Below are positions 61,172 through 64,000 of a stretch of DNA of 64,000 nucleotides, piece by piece (the stretch's first letter is position 1; every line of letters begins with the position of its first letter). Source of the DNA: a virus. Lineage: Duplodnaviria > Caudoviricetes. Under the pieces are notes generated by a model. It had not been told where the DNA came from. It was given only the letters and a program-made list of their open reading frames with translations, and did no database searches. Position numbers and translations under genes: made by a program. The stretch covers positions 192,001 through 256,000 of the IMG/VR virus record IMGVR_UViG_3300029305_005547; one strand, given 5' to 3'.

Positions 61172-61379
61172 TGTGTACCAATCTCCTTTCTTTTTATTTA
61201 CTCATAATAATAATACATCATTTCAATCAAAATGTGCAAAATATAAGTGTTAATTACGTGTTATTCAGTAAATTATTACTTATTCGAGTACTCCCTCAGT
61301 AACATTATTTTTATGATATTCTATTATTCAAAAACATTATGGTAATAGAACCCTTACTTTTATAAGAGAGGTAATTATT

Positions 61380-61619
61380 ATGGACAATCATAAAGGTTAT
61401 CCTGTTTCTTCAGGATATAGAGGTTATATCGGTAATGGTGAATATAGACTATTCTCTGATGAAGGTGAATATGACGAATATTATGATGAAAATAAAGAAT
61501 CTATAGATAATGATTCAATTGAAGAATCAGTAGATGTTGTTAAGGATATGATAAATGAATCTAAAAAAATGTCTGTAATTACAGACGATGAAGCAACTTA
61601 TTTATTAGGGGTTTTATAA
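61380..61619 (+). CDS. small late protein (possible head protein)
   Basis: Late promoter at 61333-61345; GAGGT RBS; MINES...IT.DE...LL helix motif. Confidence 0.65.
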   Translation: MDNHKGYPVSSGYRGYIGNGEYRLFSDEGEYDEYYDENKESIDNDSIEESVDVVKDMINESKKMSVITDDEATYLLGVL

Positions 61620-61659
61620 CAAAAAATGAGATGAATGGTATTATCATTCATCTCACATT

Positions 61660-62295
61660 TAAAGGATCTTAACTGTAGATATGGAAACAAATGGAGAGTG
61701 TTGAAACCAACACTCTCCACTATTATTTTCCATTAACCGGAATTTTCATTTTATTTCCCATATAAACAGCCATCAGGAAACGAAAGCTGTATGATAGCCA
61801 AACCTAAATCGATGGATTTTATAAACAATTAACATCATCACATATAAAACTTCACATTTAAGTGGATTTATCCTTCTCGAATTAAATCCTACTAACATGT
61901 CACAGCTAAGGTCTTAACATTTGACATTTAACATGTAATCAAATAGCCATCACGTATACCTTCAGGGTATGAGCCCGAATTTTGTCTGATGCTATTAGTA
62001 GTAATTGAAACCCTCTGTTTCAAAACCACCACTCTTATCATGTTATACATGTTAGGATTAACTGTCCTAATGTATATAAACACCAAGCATGTGTTTTATA
62101 TGGTGATAATAAATACTTTCACGTTTATTATCATTACGTGTCATATATTATCGTTATTCGTCTATATAGGAAAGAGTAGGAGATGAAGTTTTGAGGCTCC
62201 ACCTCCCTGTTTCATTTAATTCTTTTCCTCTATCAGTTGTTCGTTAAGAAGGAGATATTCGTTTGTTCATTTTCAAACGACAATACCATCTCAGG
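61660..62295 (+). ncRNA. candidate large (~600 nt) structured non-coding RNA
   Basis: About a dozen stems, long-range pairings, 5'/3' end complementarity, and G-U pairs consistently on the plus strand; no long ORF with an RBS. Confidence 0.6.
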
Positions 62296-62305
62296 TATTA
62301 CGAAA

Positions 62306-62803
62306 TTATCTCCAGCTACCGATAGTAGAGAAATCAGAACCGTTCTTCTTTTTCTTCTTCTTGTTTCTTACGGATTCTGCCTTTTCAGCAATACTTGCTA
62401 CCTTACGATAGTTCTTAGGCAAACACTCCATCATGGAACCAAGTTCAGATGCATAACGAACTGCATCATTACCTGCATTAACGGCAACGCTCAAATACTT
62501 AAGCTGGTTTACGACTTCCTTAGCACCCTTGATCTTATTGATAACTTCTTCCTTATCATAAGGACGACCCTTAAAGGATGCCTGACACATTCTACATGTA
62601 CAAGTCTGCTTTCCATCATTATAGATGGTAGGCTTTACCTTACCGCTCTTATTCAATGTGTGATGAACACACGCACCACGCAGCACTCTTGTCTGCTTCT
62701 TATTCTTACCACGGATCTTACCATTCTTTGTGGTATTCTGTTTGATTACGGAAATAACACTTCCTTCAGTAATCTTGTAATCAGGTCTCTTATTCTTAGC
62801 CAT
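62306..62803 (-). CDS. basic zinc-binding hypothetical protein
   Basis: CVHH...CTCRMC; poly-Lys C-terminus; AAGGAG RBS; early promoter at 62839-62846. Confidence 0.75.
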   Translation of the reverse strand: MAKNKRPDYKITEGSVISVIKQNTTKNGKIRGKNKKQTRVLRGACVHHTLNKSGKVKPTIYNDGKQTCTCRMCQASFKGRPYDKEEVINKIKGAKEVVNQLKYLSVAVNAGNDAVRYASELGSMMECLPKNYRKVASIAEKAESVRNKKKKKKNGSDFSTIGSWR

Positions 62804-62866
62804 TGTTGTTAGCTCCTTTCGATTTTTACTTCAAATAAATAATATATCGTTATGTCTCAAAAGATA

Positions 62867-63910
62867 TTAGTTACTCTTGATACATTTAATCATTGTAACA
62901 GTGTCTTTCGTTACATCTTCTGTTCCGTCCATACTGAAAATGTACAACGGTTTAACAGATTCAAACTGGTTCTTAAGTGCACGACAACCAACAAGGGTGA
63001 ATGCTTTAACCTTATTTTCAATCATGCTGTTGACAACATTTGTCAAATTCTCATCATTTATGATTGATCCATCTTCACCAACAGTCACCTGATATGAAGT
63101 GAATGGTATATTCTCTCCGAGGGCATCACTAATAGGATGATGATTGACCAGCTCACCAATAACTTCATCACTCATACTAACGGGTGATACAAAGAATGAT
63201 GTTATAATAGACGGCGTATAACGAACAAAGCGTCTTGCAGTCTTTTTGATCTTGAACTTCTGATCAATCCCGCTCAGTCTCTTGATAAGTTCAGGTTTCT
63301 TAATCGTAGACTGAACTGCTTTCAAACCACCAGTCTCAGTAACAACATTCATTCTGAAATGAATGAATTCTTCGTCTTTTACAGTATCTACCATAATAAG
63401 ACTTGTTTCTTTTGCCGGTTTTTCCTGATTCTTAATATCTTCAAGTGCACCTTCATATACACGCATAATACAAGCAATTGCAGAAGGTGTATGGAATGTA
63501 CAAATGATTTCACCGACGTCATGATTTACATTCGATCTGATGTATGAATAATCTGTACCAACTAACAGAATAACGATCCGGTCTCTCGACTCGGTGTTTA
63601 AACCTGCCAGGTATGGATTTAAATTCTTGGAATTGATAAATGCAGATCCAAAAGGAATTTCTAACTCCTGCATAGAAATACCGTTCTCATTGGTTTCGAT
63701 ATCTCCGATAACAACGTTAGCAGGACTGAATTCTGCATCATCGGGGAACTGTTTAGTAGCTCCACCAAGCTTAATTTTTTGCAATACTTTTTTATCCTCA
63801 GATTCGAGGAAATAGTTGAGAACTAAACGTCCTGCAACTTTGTGTTCTTCACCACCAATGCCCCATTTAGCATGGTTAGTTTTTCCTATTGTAATGATAT
63901 TGACTTTCAT
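62867..63910 (-). CDS. hypothetical protein
   Basis: 347-aa ORF, GAGG RBS. Confidence 0.75.
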   Translation of the reverse strand: MKVNIITIGKTNHAKWGIGGEEHKVAGRLVLNYFLESEDKKVLQKIKLGGATKQFPDDAEFSPANVVIGDIETNENGISMQELEIPFGSAFINSKNLNPYLAGLNTESRDRIVILLVGTDYSYIRSNVNHDVGEIICTFHTPSAIACIMRVYEGALEDIKNQEKPAKETSLIMVDTVKDEEFIHFRMNVVTETGGLKAVQSTIKKPELIKRLSGIDQKFKIKKTARRFVRYTPSIITSFFVSPVSMSDEVIGELVNHHPISDALGENIPFTSYQVTVGEDGSIINDENLTNVVNSMIENKVKAFTLVGCRALKNQFESVKPLYIFSMDGTEDVTKDTVTMIKCIKSN

Positions 63911-63938
63911 TTTATTACCCTCGCTTTTCTCTTACTTC

Positions 63939-64000
63939 TTATAAGAACTCTTCGATACTGGAATCCGAGTCTTTGATCTTCGCAATCACCTTAGTGATAT
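63939..64000 (-). CDS. 3' end of a gene running in from beyond the window
   Basis: Open frame ...ITKVIAKIKDSDSSIEEFL*. Confidence 0.4.
   Translation of the reverse strand, partial: ITKVIAKIKDSDSSIEEFL

Noticed and set aside
61989-62186. 65-aa hydrophobic ORF, a possible toxin or membrane peptide
   Set aside because: No RBS; hydrophobicity is expected from T-rich sequence; it lies within the paired RNA region.
61620-62295. tRNA, tmRNA or RNase P RNA
   Set aside because: No cloverleaf/TTCGA-CCA end, tmRNA termini or RNase P P4 consensus recognised on either strand.
1-64000. Stop-codon reassignment
   Set aside because: Conserved genes are full length in the standard code, and TAG and TGA end genes next to terminators or the following RBS.

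Overview
This AT-rich window comes from a jumbo myophage of the PBS1/AR9 (phiKZ-related) type. The host is probably an anaerobic Firmicute, inferred from strong AAGGAGG ribosome-binding sites and nrdG. It encodes three parts of a split multisubunit RNA polymerase: beta'-N with NADFDGD, beta'-C, and beta-N, which is interrupted by two group I introns around an 80-nt exon. Replication and nucleotide genes include a DnaB-like helicase, an SF2 helicase, an NAD-dependent ligase, GyrA/GyrB, NrdG and a MazG-like protein. Virion genes include a prohead protease, the major capsid protein, inner-head proteins, a repeat-rich tail fibre and holin-like proteins. Two phage promoter motifs recur, early-type TATATTAT and late-type AACA-N6-TAA, along with many intrinsic terminators. 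The most unusual observations are: (1) a ~600-nt, apparently non-coding, extensively base-paired plus-strand RNA at 61.66-62.29 kb; (2) a stand-alone, catalytically degenerate copy of the RNAP beta' active-site barrel (DFDGD to DAFGD) next to the beta' gene; (3) a group I intron with a C-G rather than U-G 5' splice site, and a sister intron carrying a non-nuclease ORF; (4) several promoter-terminator units lacking a convincing ORF, which are candidate phage sRNAs. All family assignments come from motif recognition by eye; no searches were run.
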